Source: Amoebidium appalachense (Eukaryota > Protista > Ichthyosporea). Taken from it: a stretch of DNA of 64,000 nt. A program made the translations under genes and the position numbers. The notes beneath the pieces were generated by a model that made no database searches, was not told the origin of the DNA, and saw nothing but the letters and a program-made list of their open reading frames with translations. This document shows, one piece after another, positions 1 through 20,489 of this stretch (position 1 is its first letter; every line of letters begins with the position of its first letter). The DNA lies in the NCBI GenBank assembly GCA_963693365.1, contig CAVNZM010000005.1, positions 11,989,728-12,053,727 on the forward strand. The letters are read 5' to 3'.

Positions 1-78
1 GTATAGTGGACGTAGGTAGCAGTATAAGTTATAAATGTCTGAATTGATTGGACAATTCCATTTATTAACTTATTCTTC

Positions 79-150
79 GGCCGTCTGATTGGGCCACAAT
101 GGTTATGTGGCCAATCAGCGGCCTGGTAGAGGAGGCTTATGGGTATATAA
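79..150 (+). promoter_or_regulatory. Promoter-like module: two inverted CCAAT boxes in an imperfect hairpin followed by a TATA-like box
   Basis: ggccgtctgattgggccaca (79-98) pairs imperfectly with tgtggccaatcagcggcc (106-123); gggtatataagcc follows at ~141-153. No downstream gene identified; could be an LTR/TE promoter. Confidence 0.35.
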
Positions 151-273
151 GCCGACCTTAGATCGGTCGTCTATTAGCATATTCCCCGTCGCCTCCTCTC
201 TCATCGCCCACCCTCCCGCCCGCACATATTTTCTTTCCCCGTCGCAGCTTTCAAGCTTAATTCGACACACCGT

Positions 274-309
<36 letters not shown>

Positions 310-348
310 CACACAGACACACAGACACACACACACACACACACACTG

Positions 349-389
<41 letters not shown>

Positions 390-1623
390 ACACACACACA
401 TGTGCGCACGTGCACACCACACACACGCTTGCGCGCGCGGACGCACACAACATAGATATCTGCACACGGGCATCGGGGGGGGGGGGGGGGGGGGGGTTAT
501 GTGTGTGTGTGTCTGGGGGTATGTGCTCCCTCGGTAGCAGTAGCTTCTAGTGGATCCGGTCCAGTCACTGGGCAAGTAAGGTCAACTTTTGGAAGGTGTG
601 ACGTCATGGCATTCCACAGTTTTATGGGCTTTCCTGACATATACTAATCCGTCTCAGCAGATTAGCCTAAGTCTACGATCGAGATCGGGGGGGGGGGGGG
701 GGGGGGGGGGTGGCCCGGGTCCACAGATCATCAAGATCAAGTCCGGGGCCTCAAGATAGCTGTACAGCTGCGTGCATCTTGCCTCTGCCGGCGCAGGGCA
801 TTGGACCACGTCAGCCGGGACAGCCGTCCAATAGAATTCTAATTAGTGTGTAGGATAGATCGTAGGAGGACTTAGGAATGTCATTGTTCGGGCAGAAGCC
901 CTTTTGTAAGGATTGGCAAGGTTTGATAGTATATGTTGCCAAACGTATTTATATATTTAGATGTAGAGGAAAGGGGGGGAGGGAGGGGGGGGGAGGATAG
1001 TATGAAATGTAGATTTAGACTCTGCGGTGCCACTAGGGGGAGGGTGAGGGGTGAGACTTGGATAAATATATTAGTTGAGTAGATCGACTTAGCTCGTGCA
1101 GGCGCACGATAAAAGTAGATCGGAATGTTAATGGAATGTGGCATCGTAGGGGGCCAGGTGATGATGATCTTGTAGGGCACGGCCTTGATGGCCTCAGTCG
1201 TAACTTAGACTCAATCCGTACGGATCTAAGTTTGCCCGTCGGAGCCTGGTCTTAATAAACTTTACCGTTTTTCTGTACACGTTCGTTCCTTTTCGTGTGT
1301 GTACACTTAGTAGAGTGCCGCGTCTCTAGTACACATACATTAGGATACGACATTTCCTCTACTTGAGCCGATGCAATCGACGTCACGGTGCGGTAACCAA
1401 TCATAGCGCTCGATGGTTTTAACATTCTATCATATGATTGGCTATCTCATGCTTTGCCCACGCTCCTGGGCCCGGATGCAGCCGGGGTCAGGGTACGTCC
1501 GGGTGCGTCCATGGGCATGCGGGAGTTCTTGGGTTATGATAGATCCTGTCGATACAGTGGAAAGCCTAAAGCTGTGCGTGACCTACCCATTTAACAGCGT
1601 TCTTACACTGGGAACACAAATCA

Positions 1624-1725
1624 AAAAACGCGGGGTTGCCCTATATTGGGAATTAAAAAATAAGTAAAACTTAATATAAACGTATTTGTTGCCGGAGTGT
1701 CAAGGTAGGGCACCCCCGCGTTTTT
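1624..1725. repeat. 20-bp inverted repeat with ~62-bp AT-rich spacer
   Basis: aaaaacgcggggttgcccta (1624-1643) vs tagggcacccccgcgttttt (1706-1725), one mismatch. Confidence 0.7.
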
Positions 1726-4171
1726 CCTGTATTGTTGATAATGCTTATATATAAGAGTGCAGTGATTGGCCGGATTCCGTGAAAGGACTTTTGCCCTCAG
1801 CCTCCATTCCAAGGCGAATTTTCGATCCGGGGACATCTATCTAACAACCAAGATGACGACATCTGGTTGGCTGAGAACCATGTCACTGTTTTACATTTCT
1901 CTTTATCCCGCTCTTAGCGCACTAGTTTCCGAACGATGCCCAAAAAATGCACAAAAATACCGAAACTCGTTTCATTATAATAATTAATAGGGGGGTTGCG
2001 TTGTAAAACGTCTTGGATCCCACTAATATTTCCAATTTTCAGAATGTGTGGAAACACCGTTGTCTTGAACAGCATTACCGACAAACTGCCGACTCGGAGG
2101 ATCCAGTCTTCCAGTCTTCATTTCTTTCTCTCTAGCTCTGTTGTCTGTCGACGTCTCGTCTCGTATTCCTAAGGCTCGTTCAACATATAGACCCGTGCGA
2201 TAATATCTACTTCAGCCAGTCAGCACCTTCGATGTTCGAACAACGTCTATAGCTAGCTAATGCGTGACTGTCTGATGAAAGAACAACTAATGTGATCGGC
2301 CTACTACCCCCTAAACCGCATAGTTCGAGTGGTTTCAAGTGACGTCGCGCACCCCTTGCATGACTTGGCTGTTGGCATTCAAACCATTTTTTGGAACTGG
2401 CGCAAACATTTAAGTACACGTAATTTATATGACCCTCTCCAGTTATTTAAGTTATAAAAATATTCTATTACGTCTCAATCCTGATGTAATCGTTCCCTGG
2501 AAAAAAACACGGGAGGAAAAGTTGGCTGCGTTCACAACACGAGCAGTAGTATAGGGTGTTTATCCAAGGCCCCGGACGGTCCGCGGCAAAACGCCTTTCA
2601 TTGGATAACCTTGTCCTTTCCGTAGAGGTACGTGACATAAAGCCAATACGAGAATGCGAATCTGAGAGTGACGGCTTTGCCGCAATGCTGTATTGCACTA
2701 TACTATATACAAATAAATAATCCTAGATTTGTGTTGAAGGCAAGCAACGGTTCAATATAAATTACATCAATTTATGTACTTATGGATAAGACTGTATTGA
2801 CAAAGCTTAATAGTTCTATTTTTCTAGTTCTATTTTAATTCGTGATCTTTTTCATTGTTAAAAAAGGCCAATCGCATCCGCCCTAGGCACCAGCAACATG
2901 CCGGTATGCTTGGGCAAAATCCGGTTGCCGGCGAGCGCTGCCTCCTGCTACTTCCTGCACCATCCTGCAAAATCATACAACTTCAGCAATGCGTGGGTGC
3001 GATTTCACTCCCCATGTCAAAACTATTTCAGATTGCATTCCTGTCTCCTCGAAGTCCAGCTACGTCATCAAGTCCTTTCGACCAATCGCATAATTACTCG
3101 GAAACCCATACAGGAAATGCGCAATAACTAAAAAAGGTCGGAACTTGCCAGGTGCCAGTGGGCCGAGTCGGGTTTGTGTATTTTGGGACGATTCGATCCG
3201 GTATTGTGTAGTGTGAGTCGAGCCAATAAAGCAATGAAAAGCAGTATAAGTTATAAATGAATCATACGGGGTCCGAAGGCCCCCCGGGGCCGGATAGGTA
3301 TACATTTATCGGATACTCGGCCGCGGATGATATAGGGAAGTAAAAGGAAGTAATTATTTTCTTTTGACTCGGGTTTATTAACAGTTGATCCGTTGATGAA
3401 GGCAACGTGCAGCCACAGGCTACATAACCACCAATAGAACTGAAAAAGCCAAAGCTACGAAATAAAAATAAAGCGACAAGTGACAAAGGACACCAGCGGG
3501 CAAAACCGTAAGTGTACGTGTATGCGTGAAACTAGTTTGCTCCAACTACTAAGTCATATGATGATCGATCATCGTTGACCAGACCACGCTCTGCAAGAAG
3601 ACGTTCATTACTGCTCCTTCCCAACAGCCTGGCCCCCCTCAAAAACTATGGAGGCACAGCAAGCAAGTCAGGCTGACAGCCTCTAAAAGAGCAATGCAGA
3701 CCAAATCTGAGCTAAAAAACAATCCCAACGGGCCCGGCCCCCTAGATAACCCGGAGAAACTGCATCTATGTAGCTCTCTGATAAGGTGGCCTAGTTGTGG
3801 CAGGACACACAGAAAAACACAATTACAGAATGCATGCAAGCAAACCCGGTCATTGCCATACGACTGGAGGCTAAGGACTGGCAGTCACTTGGAAAGCTCC
3901 CCGACGACCAAGTAGCCGCCCCTCCACTCACGCAGCGCAGAAGTAGCTGAAGAAGTTGCAGCAGCCCACCGCCAATAGGTCGCGTAGAAGCGTAGACAGC
4001 GTGTAGAAGTTACCATAGGTTGCAGACGTGGACCACCAGGCGTTGAAGAAACCACTTCTCAAGCGAGAAACTCCGTGAAAGGGAGATGCCCCCACACTCT
4101 CACAGCAGTAGGAATACACCAGGCCACACCACACACACACTGCAGTCACGTTCCCCTGAGTGGGACTCCCT

Positions 4172-4373
4172 CCCACAACAAAAAGAAGAAACGAAAACCT
4201 TTATATACCTGCCATGGTGAAGAATCGGGAAAAAAAGTTGACGTGACAGCTAAGAGATTGAAGTGAAAGTGGAGTCCACACAAAAAGAACAAACGAAAGC
4301 CTTTATATACCTGCCATGGTGAAGAATCGGGAAAAAAAGTTGACGTGACAGCTAAGAGATCGAAGTGAAAGTG
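4172..4373. repeat. Tandem duplication, 2 x ~102 bp
   Basis: cctttatatacctgccatggtgaagaatcgggaaaaaaagttgacgtgacagctaagagat occurs at 4198 and 4300 with only a few substitutions in the flanks. Confidence 0.9.
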
Positions 4374-5199
4374 AAGTAAATATCTCCGGACAAAAATAGG
4401 CGGCGATCCGCCAGGTGCCAAAATACAGTAATCCTAAAATGTAATTTCTAGCCCTGAAATCAAAGGCCTTGTGGATTTTTGACAATCGTAAATTGTTCAT
4501 TTGAATCATTTCCAAGTTTACGCCCCACAAACAGAAGTTTTAAAGGATCCATGATGGTATCATTGGTATGTCCAACGGGCCAATAGGAGTGTGCGATAGC
4601 TCACTCTTCGTGGTTAAGGGGTGCAACAAATAGATGTTTATGTTATCTCTTTTTCCGCCGATAATATATCTCTTTATCTTTAAAAGCACTTCTATCCGCC
4701 AAAAAAATTTCGAATATACTGTTGATATTAGAATTTATAAAGCTTAAAAAAGGCTATAGAGCGAATCGGAGACGAAAATGTGAAATCCTTTTATATGTAA
4801 ATTCACTCGAATTTTACGAGGAGAATTGTGTAGGGAGATGTTCCTCATATCCGACTAGCCTCATACGCATCTGACGCCGGAACGGTTGCGCGGCAGCGCG
4901 GGTTTCCTTCTTGCGAATGGCCGCTCGCTGGTGCACACAAAAAATCCATACTCCTTTATATGAAGGTGTAAAAACATACGGGTTTTATAAAGAGACTGCC
5001 TAGGAATAGCACGTAGAGTGGTGGTTTATGTGAAAACTTGGGGTTCGTTTTTGGCTACCGTATGGAGAACTTGACATATCGGGCTTGGACGTTTACCCTA
5101 CCCACTGTACACTTTCTTTCTCTGATAACAATAACACATTTCGTTACATTATTATGCATGCCTAGTTGACAGTGTTATTAGTAACCTGATGCTGGAAAA

Positions 5200-11785
<6,586 letters not shown>

Positions 11786-11946
11786 ATGTGCGAAATTCCA
11801 TATGTGAATATTGCAATGTAAATATTGGTAACTTCGTAGGTGTGTTAGTGGTTGTCGGGTTTGGGAGGGAAGTGTTAGATGCATACACCTATGAATGCAA
11901 AGAGTATACGTTAGAAGAAACCGTACCTATGCTTGACTTGCAGGCA

Positions 11947-12579
<633 letters not shown>

Positions 12580-14944
12580 GGAGGAATAAAGTGCATGCTA
12601 AAGCTGCTTTTCCAGAGGCCTGCAGTGGTGCGTACTGGTTGTACTGGTTGTGGTTAAGGATTTTCACGTTTTTCTATGAATTTCTTCTCGATATCCCACA
12701 GTCTTTCCCATTTGGATAGATTTATCCCCTTTCCGAACACACAAAACTATATAGACACACTATACGCGCTATGATGCGTGAAGTATACAACATTATGTAT
12801 GTCTTCCTTGATGAATCACACGTTCCCACCATTTTTATAGCCAAATCCGGCGAACAGGATAAAAAACATCTTTGTTCAACATGGTCGTCTCTTTACATTT
12901 TTAGCCTTAGGTGGTCCCTTCCTACCTTCATAAAAACTATGCGTTGTAGATAACAGAATGTACGTAGTCACTGGCAAAGGTAATTTTTTGGGCTTAAATT
13001 GTGTGGAATTTTCATGTATATCCCATGGTGGTATGCGGCCGGGGCTGGCACCCACCTGTGTTTACCATCTATGGGTGGGGGATAATTAAGATGAATACAT
13101 TTTAAATTTTTACTATTTAGGTATCTGATGCATTTCATTGAAGTAATTGTCGGTTCCTGTGGATGGCAGTTTTTTAATAATAGCTTGAAATGAAAAAGTA
13201 GGAATATTGCAATCCAAAAGAATTACATTAGCCAATAATTCGCGCGCAATCTGACTGATTAGCCAAATATGGAAATTGGGACGGGAATTATTGGCGAGCA
13301 AAAAAACGGTTTTTATACAACAAACAAATTTGAGGTAGAAAAATTTCACCGTGTGGATGTAGTCACTCTGAGTGCTGTCTCCCTGCGGCCTATAACATAC
13401 CTTGTATGTTGCCGCAGGCGACAGTCACTAGACAAAGTTTGATCGCGCGTAATCGGATCTTGATTAACGAGCGGCGATTGGTTCAAAATGACCTAAACTC
13501 AGCCTACTAGTAAAAGCAAGACATCATCCGCCTACCCAGGCTCTTTAATTTCAAGTGATTGAAAGTTTTCTTTAATATTTTTGAGCGTTCCGATTGGTCA
13601 TTACATATTTAGCGATCTGATTGGTCATTACAGCCAAAAGGACCCCGGCGGAGACGTCCCGCAGCGTCGTAGGTCGCCGGCCACTTACGTAAGCCAGCGG
13701 GTACAAAGCCTTGGAGACTAGTGTGGATGCATGATAACAGTGTGGGTGCTTATAACGGTCGCAGGATGTTGGTGCAACGGCAACACAATCGAGCTCTTAT
13801 GCATGTGCATATCACGGTATGCATCTTCCTACTTATTTTTGTGTTTTATGCACACACGATTAGCCTGGGACGTGTGTGTGTGTAGGTGTGCATCCATGCA
13901 CATGGTCACGTGCACAGTGATGCCACACCATTCACACACCGCGACCCACACTACATTGGATACCCTCCCCCTCCCCCTCCCCTCCCCGGCCCCCCTCCCC
14001 CTTCCCCCCCCCCCACCCCCCCCCCTCCCCCGCCGGCGGGCCCCTCTCCGCTCCCATTCCGTCTTTAGACCCACCCATGTCCAAACCCACATGTACACAC
14101 GTACAAATTGTCATGCGTGCACATGTGTACACCCCCTACCCATGCATCCACCGGTACCCACCACAACCAGCCACCTACTCGGGCCCATTCACACACGTGT
14201 ACATCGTACGACTGCATACACGTACTGAGCACATGCCATTTCATCTACTAGTGAATTCCGAAAGGCACACCCCCTCACACACATGTCGCTCAGCCTCAGA
14301 CGCGGCACGTGTGTTAATAACAAGTAACTTAGTTTATAGCACAACTTTGAAACTGCAAGGCACATGCTGAATAAGATATTTGCGGCACAAGCATGATGAA
14401 CATCCGGCAATAGTGGGATAAAGTGAATGACAGGATATTTAATTAGTGAACGCAGTGCACGTGGGAATTAGACCTCACCCCCCCCCCCCCCCCCCCCCCC
14501 CCCCCCACCCCCCACCCCCTCGAGCTCCCCCCCCCCTCCAGGCACCGCGATGTGGGGTGTTGTTTACAGGCAAAATTACAACGATTCAAGCACTGCCGTA
14601 ATATCATACAGATAAAAAATTCAGTATCTATAGTTATTGGCAAGTTGGATTCCCGTTTTTTTTTTTGTGCCAAGGAAGGGGGTGGGGAGGGGGGGGGGGG
14701 GGGGGGGGGGGGAATCCCCTGGGGCACTCGATATCAGCTGGTGTTGTGGCGTGTCATGCGATCAGAAATTAAGTATCAATATTCAAGCCCCCCCCCCCCC
14801 CCCCCCCCTCTCCCCCCCTCTCCCCCCTCTCCCCCGGCCGGGATGTAACTGTTGATTTTAGTCGAAGATCAATTATTGTGCTCGCCAGTTTTCATAGCCT
14901 TCGAATTATTTATTTACCAGCTAAGCTTCACTGTGCACCCCCCT

Positions 14945-14979
<35 letters not shown>

Positions 14980-16089
14980 CCCGGCCCCCCCCCCCTCCCC
15001 CCCCCCCCCCCCCCCCCCTCCCCCCCTCCCCCCCCCCCCCCCCTCCCTCCAAAAAAAAAAAAAAAAAAAAGAAAAGAAAAGGGTGACAGACGTTCCCCAG
15101 TACTCCCTGGCAAAGTTCACCCCCGAAGTCGAGTTACCCGGGCCGGCCACTGATGAGGAGTTGGGCCATAGCTAGCTATAGATGTAGTCTGAGAGCTTCC
15201 TGGGATTAGCTCCGCTTATGTCTGGCAACTCAGTGATGTAGATACTTAAACCCCCCCTATGTGCTATAGTTACAGTTTCTGACCCCCCCCCCCCCACGGC
15301 CTCCCCCGGGCTCTTCCTCTCCCCACCCTTTTACTCCCCCCGGCTACCGGGTCCCCGAAGTTTCTCCAGACCCCCCTCCCCTCCCCCCCTCCCCCCCTCC
15401 CCCCGGCTCGGGGCCCCACCTTCCCTTTTTCGATACATAAACACATTCTGCGCCGCCCCCGGTTCAACTTGGCTGGCTAGAAAAGGTGGGGAGCGGGAGG
15501 GGGGAAGGGGGGGGGGGGGGGGGGGGGGGGATCCGGATCGATTTTGAAAAAGTAACACATTTTATCGTATTATTCCAACCTTGAACACCTATGTCCCTTG
15601 TACGACACTGGGCCAGGAGTATAGACGACTTGAAAATTTAAATGCCGCAGCTTATTGGCTACAGTACCTTGAGATGTGACACTGTGGAACGAGCTATCGG
15701 GCTATAGAAAGTATGCAGGTGAAAGCGGTATTGACACATTAAAAGCCCAGAGTGCACGTGCTTGAAGAAAACGTTGCAAAGAGATACAAAACATTGTCAG
15801 AGTACCGGTACTTGCTCCCGCTTGCTGTGTGTAGTATACCGCAGTTTATAAAAGAGTTACAAGTTATACTAATGTAATGTAACATGTACAGCTTTATTGG
15901 CAGTGCTCGAAATATCGTAAACGAAATATGGTCTATGTTAGCAACAATGGTCAAAACTCGTGACAAAGTAGTGATACCTTATAGAGCCTTTCAGTCACAC
16001 GAAAACCGTTGAAAGAAATTAACCATTCAACTGTGGTAAGCGCAAATGTCAGAACAAACGGAAACGTAGTAACCTACAAGAGGATCAGA

Positions 16090-16222
16090 ATTTCTTTTTT
16101 TGACTGGATTTATTCAACCGAGAGAGATGCAAGTATGTGTGAGTGACTTAAAAGGCTCTGCTGAAAGAAAAAAAAACCTCACGAATTATCCAGTAGCAAG
16201 CTCATACTAAGATACCTGAACA
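16090..16222 (-). repeat. Dispersed repeat copy 1 (AATAAA + A-rich tail; retro-element-like 3' end)
   Basis: Diverged match to 17510-17642 and to the inverted copy at 20490-20602. Confidence 0.65.
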
Positions 16223-16280
16223 GAAATTTTGAGAATATTGCAAACAATTCAGAATAACCAGTGCCTGCGAATAAAGAACA

Positions 16281-16366
<86 letters not shown>

Positions 16367-16415
16367 ATATCGTATATATCCCCCCTTCTCAGTGGTCATC
16401 CTATTGGCTTTTCAG

Positions 16416-17040
16416 CTAAGTTACCAGTGGTGGCCCCGGGCCAGAGGCATTATAACGTGTTGCCTTAAAGTCGAAATAGTATACAAGCCGCGCGATGCCA
16501 ACCATCAATCCTATGCCTGTTTCCCAAACCATTATATCCTCAGTTGTCTGATGGTGTGTTACAATGCGAACCACGAGCTCGCGCAAGTTTGTGAATGTGT
16601 CAAGAACGAACTCAAACTGCCTTACTAAACTTTCGGGAGTGCAAGCGGGGTCACACACGTGCTTGAGGAGCCCTTCATTTCCAAACATGATCAAGGGAAT
16701 AGTAAGGGAAACAACCGCTTTCCCCCATGCCTTCATCCCAACCTTCATTGTCTCCCGCGCTTTTCCATTTTTTCCTGTCGCTGATAATGACGTGTAGGGG
16801 CACTTGCGGACCACGTCTCTCCACTGACGGTACACGAGGGTGCATGCAGTGCGGGCAGAGAGGGGCAAACAGGCAAAGATCTGCTTAAGGAGGTCGCTGT
16901 TGTGCAACGCACAAAACTGTGCATTTAAGGACAGGGGTTGGTTTTTGGTGGTGGGGGCGATTGTGTGTTTGTGTTGGGTGGGGGGGAAATCACGGGGCTC
17001 CCGTGTGCACGGCAGGTGTAGGTGCCTGTTTGGATGGCAT
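16416..17040 (-). CDS. F-box protein (main exon 16916-~16425; probable short first exon 17040-17011)
   Basis: After acceptor tgcacag| the frame reads FCALHNSDLLKQIFACLPLSARTACTLVYRQWRDVV, an F-box consensus (L...LL..IF..L....C..V.RQW..V). A later LDTFTNLRELVV is LRR-like. The 3' end is uncertain: it may splice at ctg|gtaact to an exon at ~16263-16202. Confidence 0.6.
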
Positions 17041-17509
17041 GGTAAAAATTGCTTCTGAGAGTATAGTGTTGTAAATTTTTCAGTGAAAATGCGTGCAGCT
17101 CAAAAGTTTACTTGGCAAAATCATGAAAATCCTGAACTCGTAGAGAAGAAAACTTGTGGGGATTTTGAACGGTTCATGGGCTTACTGTATACTGTAGGTG
17201 GTTTGTCTGTATCCACAACACTGTGTCATGGTGGTACTCTTCACATTTTGGCCGTGAATGAAGTGGCCTGGTCATATGAAGAAACCTCCGGTTACGTGGT
17301 CTGCCCTACTGCTCATAGGCTCGCCCACCAATTTTCGTTTCCTTTCAAACTATAAGAAATGAATCACTCGAAAGCTCATGAAGAGCGATTTTTTTTTCAA
17401 CTTGGTGAAATGTTTGACCATAGTGTTCACCATGTGGGCTGGAGTAATAAATGAACAATGTATCAAAGGCGAATTAATAGCTCTTTCTCAGTATAACATG
17501 TTGATCAAC

Positions 17510-17992
17510 TTTTTTTTCTTCTTTTTTCTTTTGACTGGATTTATTCGACGGAAAGATATGCAAGTATGCACGGCATACTGAGAAGACAATAAAAACTTCA
17601 CGAGTTTTCCAGTAACAAGTGCATACTGAGATACCTGAACACTGAGTATTTATGTGACGACCAACAGAATTCAACAAAAAAGTCTAAAGTGGTTACATTG
17701 CCAGCCAGTGTAGCAGACACCCGTAGGGAAAGAGATAAAACGCGACATAAAAACTCACACCTATCAACATGCTTGCGATTAAAAAGTTCAGCACAAAAGT
17801 GGCACCAGCGGCGATGAAAACAAAAATTACAACGCCACTGCACAACTTCCCAGGCAATATCAACATCAGAGCACCATACAGACTTATCTACTAGGGTGGT
17901 ATCCATACGTACAGCAGGAGAAATATATCCTGCCAAAGCTCCCAAAAAGCGATAATGATCAATACGGTGCTGCCTAAGGAACATAACACATG
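17510..17992 (-). mobile_element. Dispersed repeat copy 2, longest copy (~480 bp) with ~130-codon open frame; possible truncated LINE 3' end
   Basis: A-rich tracts on both sides on the minus strand. The open frame ends FRYLSMHLLLENS* at 17598, followed by ~70 nt with AATAAA and an A-rich tail. Confidence 0.5.
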
Positions 17993-18394
17993 CCTTTTTC
18001 TTTCTTTTTTTTTTCCCCCCCTCCGTGCCAGTACCCGGCGCCGTCTCGGTACCGGTACCAAGTAATTCTTGCATTATAATGTCACGTGTAATGAGCTGTC
18101 GCTTTCAAATAGTTAACTTGAGGCACTCGTCGAAAATAACGTGGAGCAAGGACTGCCTCGAAGGAGAAGAACAAGCGTGGAGGCTGCCCATAGTCTAAAA
18201 ACACCAGACCCTAGTCAGACACAGTATGTTGTGTACACGTGTGTGTGTAGCATACAGGGGATGTACGTGTGCACTGTGGCACTGTGTGTGTGTGTGTGTG
18301 TGTGTGTGCCAAGTGTGTGTGTGTGTGTGTGTGTGTGCGTGTGCGTGTGCGTCACGGTGCGTGTGCGTGTGCGTGTGTGTGTGTGTGTGTCACA

Positions 18395-18477
<83 letters not shown>

Positions 18478-18480
18478 TGG

Positions 18481-18545
<65 letters not shown>

Positions 18546-19337
18546 CTGTGTGCGCGCGCGTGCGCGTGCCTGAGTGTTTTTGTGTTTGTACGTGTGTTAA
18601 GACTTTGCGAGTGTGTTTGTGTACACGTGTGTGCGTGTATGTATTTGTGTACTTGCAAATCATGAGGGCAAGTAAAGGGATGCTTCACTGGCTCTTTTCG
18701 TGCAAAATATCCACGTATTTAAAGATCTACTGTATGTATTTGGAATGCCAATTTACTTAAAGAGGAGCTCGGTGCTGCAACCAGTGCACACAGTGCACCT
18801 GCCGAGGGCCGACATCAGCTGCAGGCGAGATCAGTCGTTTTAAGGGTTAAAGGATAGCGCAAACAGATTCAGTACATCAAAAAGCTGCAACTGTTCATAT
18901 GCTTCCACGTTTCGTGGTATATATATATGATTTGAATTACGAGTGCTGGGCTCATACACGTCACTGAGACTGCGTATATGGGAAATTAAAAGGAAACGAG
19001 ATGATGTACATGCAGTCCACAGCGTACTAACTTTACATGTTCCCGGTACATTCTAAACTATACGTCCTACATGCAATGACTATGCTCAAAAGTACATGCT
19101 TTCGTGTTTGGTTTTCGTGCTTTGTTATCTTTCGTGTTTGGTTTTCTTTCGCGCCATGTCGCCTGGGGTACCAGGTCTGCAGGTAGGCAGAAATCTCCTT
19201 CTGAAGGTGGTCAAAGAGCAACATTCGTATTCCACCAAACATTCGATCGACTTACTATTTTCTGGTACCAAGCTGGGAAGGGGACATAGTGGAGTGGCAA
19301 TTCAGGATGTCATTACATTCCACTGGATTAAGTGAAT

Positions 19338-19880
19338 TTACAACACGGCTGGCATCGGGGTAGAGCCAAAGGCCTGCAAAACATACTCCAAACCTTCGCG
19401 TCCCTTGTTTGCCGAGGCCTGAAACTTGTCCAACATCGAACTCTCCGCGGTGGATTTTAACAGCGAACTGAGTCCTACACCGGTGACTTTGCACTCCTGC
19501 GTGAACAGAGTTTGAGATGGGTCGCTTGGATTAGGTGTGTATGTGCACGTCTCTTCCACAACAAGAAGATTACCCATTGTAATATTCTGAGACTTCAACA
19601 CCATTTTTTGGTTGATGGGGTCAACTTCGGATGTCTCGTAAACATACGCACGATCACCACTGCTACCCAATAGGCGATTAGCCCACGAGGGCACGGCGGA
19701 TTGCATAGACATTAGGCGGGTTGTGCGTAGGACGCTTGTTTTTTCATCAACACTTCTGTCAATAATGTCGACAGACAGAACATGTGGGCTGTTGGGGTTG
19801 GGGTATTTGTTCCAGCTAGCGCGGGTAACATCCTCCCACTTGTGGGCGTAGACGTACTTGTTCTCGCAGAACTTCACCAT
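19338..19880 (-). CDS. PRELI/MSF1-domain mitochondrial lipid-transfer protein (Ups2/PRELID3-like), intronless, 180 aa
   Basis: MVKFCENKYVYAHKWEDVTRASWNKYPNPNSPHVLSVDIIDRSVD...LRTTRL...VPSW...YVYETSEVDP...LKSQNITMGNLLVVEETCTYTPNP...TLFTQE...FQASANKGREGLEYVL carries the PRELI family motifs. Start placed at ATG 19880. Confidence 0.93.
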   Translation of the reverse strand: MVKFCENKYVYAHKWEDVTRASWNKYPNPNSPHVLSVDIIDRSVDEKTSVLRTTRLMSMQSAVPSWANRLLGSSGDRAYVYETSEVDPINQKMVLKSQNITMGNLLVVEETCTYTPNPSDPSQTLFTQECKVTGVGLSSLLKSTAESSMLDKFQASANKGREGLEYVLQAFGSTPMPAVL

Positions 19881-20489
19881 TTTCGATATTATTTTTTGAT
19901 AGGAAAATATATTGTAAAAGTAGGTGTTGTTAAGAATTGCAACCAGTGGGATGCCACCTAACAATGCAACGCAGACGATTCTTGTGTTTGTCTTAGACCT
20001 GCGTTCGCGCTGTGGCCAAAATTGGACTCCATGTCTTTTATACCCTGGCAGCTTGCTGGGATCAGCGGTGTTTCGAATGCATGGCTTTACACCAATCGGA
20101 TTAGTAAATGCGCATTCCTCAAACTAAGTGCGTAGCTCGTGTTCGAGTGAGTCAGTTTGAGCCTATATGTATGCATATCTCAATTTCAGAGGATAAAAAG
20201 CAAAAAGCAAAACACTTAAAATATACATATAGCACACGATTTTATACTCAGCAAACAGATACTGTGGTATGCCCATGAAAGTTTATCGGATCCTCATAAT
20301 GGGCAGATCTAGGAGAAAGAGGCACCATCACCAATCAAATGGAGTGAAACAAAAGCATCCTGCGCTCCAGGGCTTGAAATATGTTTTAGGAGTGGTGGCT
20401 TGTTTGAAAGGTGGCGCTTATGTTGTATGTATTTTGGCAACTTTGCCTGTATTCCACTTCCACTCCACTGGGTATATATATAATTTATA

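Noticed and set aside
15145-15250. ctgatgag motif as hammerhead ribozyme or C/D snoRNA
   Set aside because: No GAAA core after the putative stem II, and C/D box spacing and terminal stem are unconvincing.
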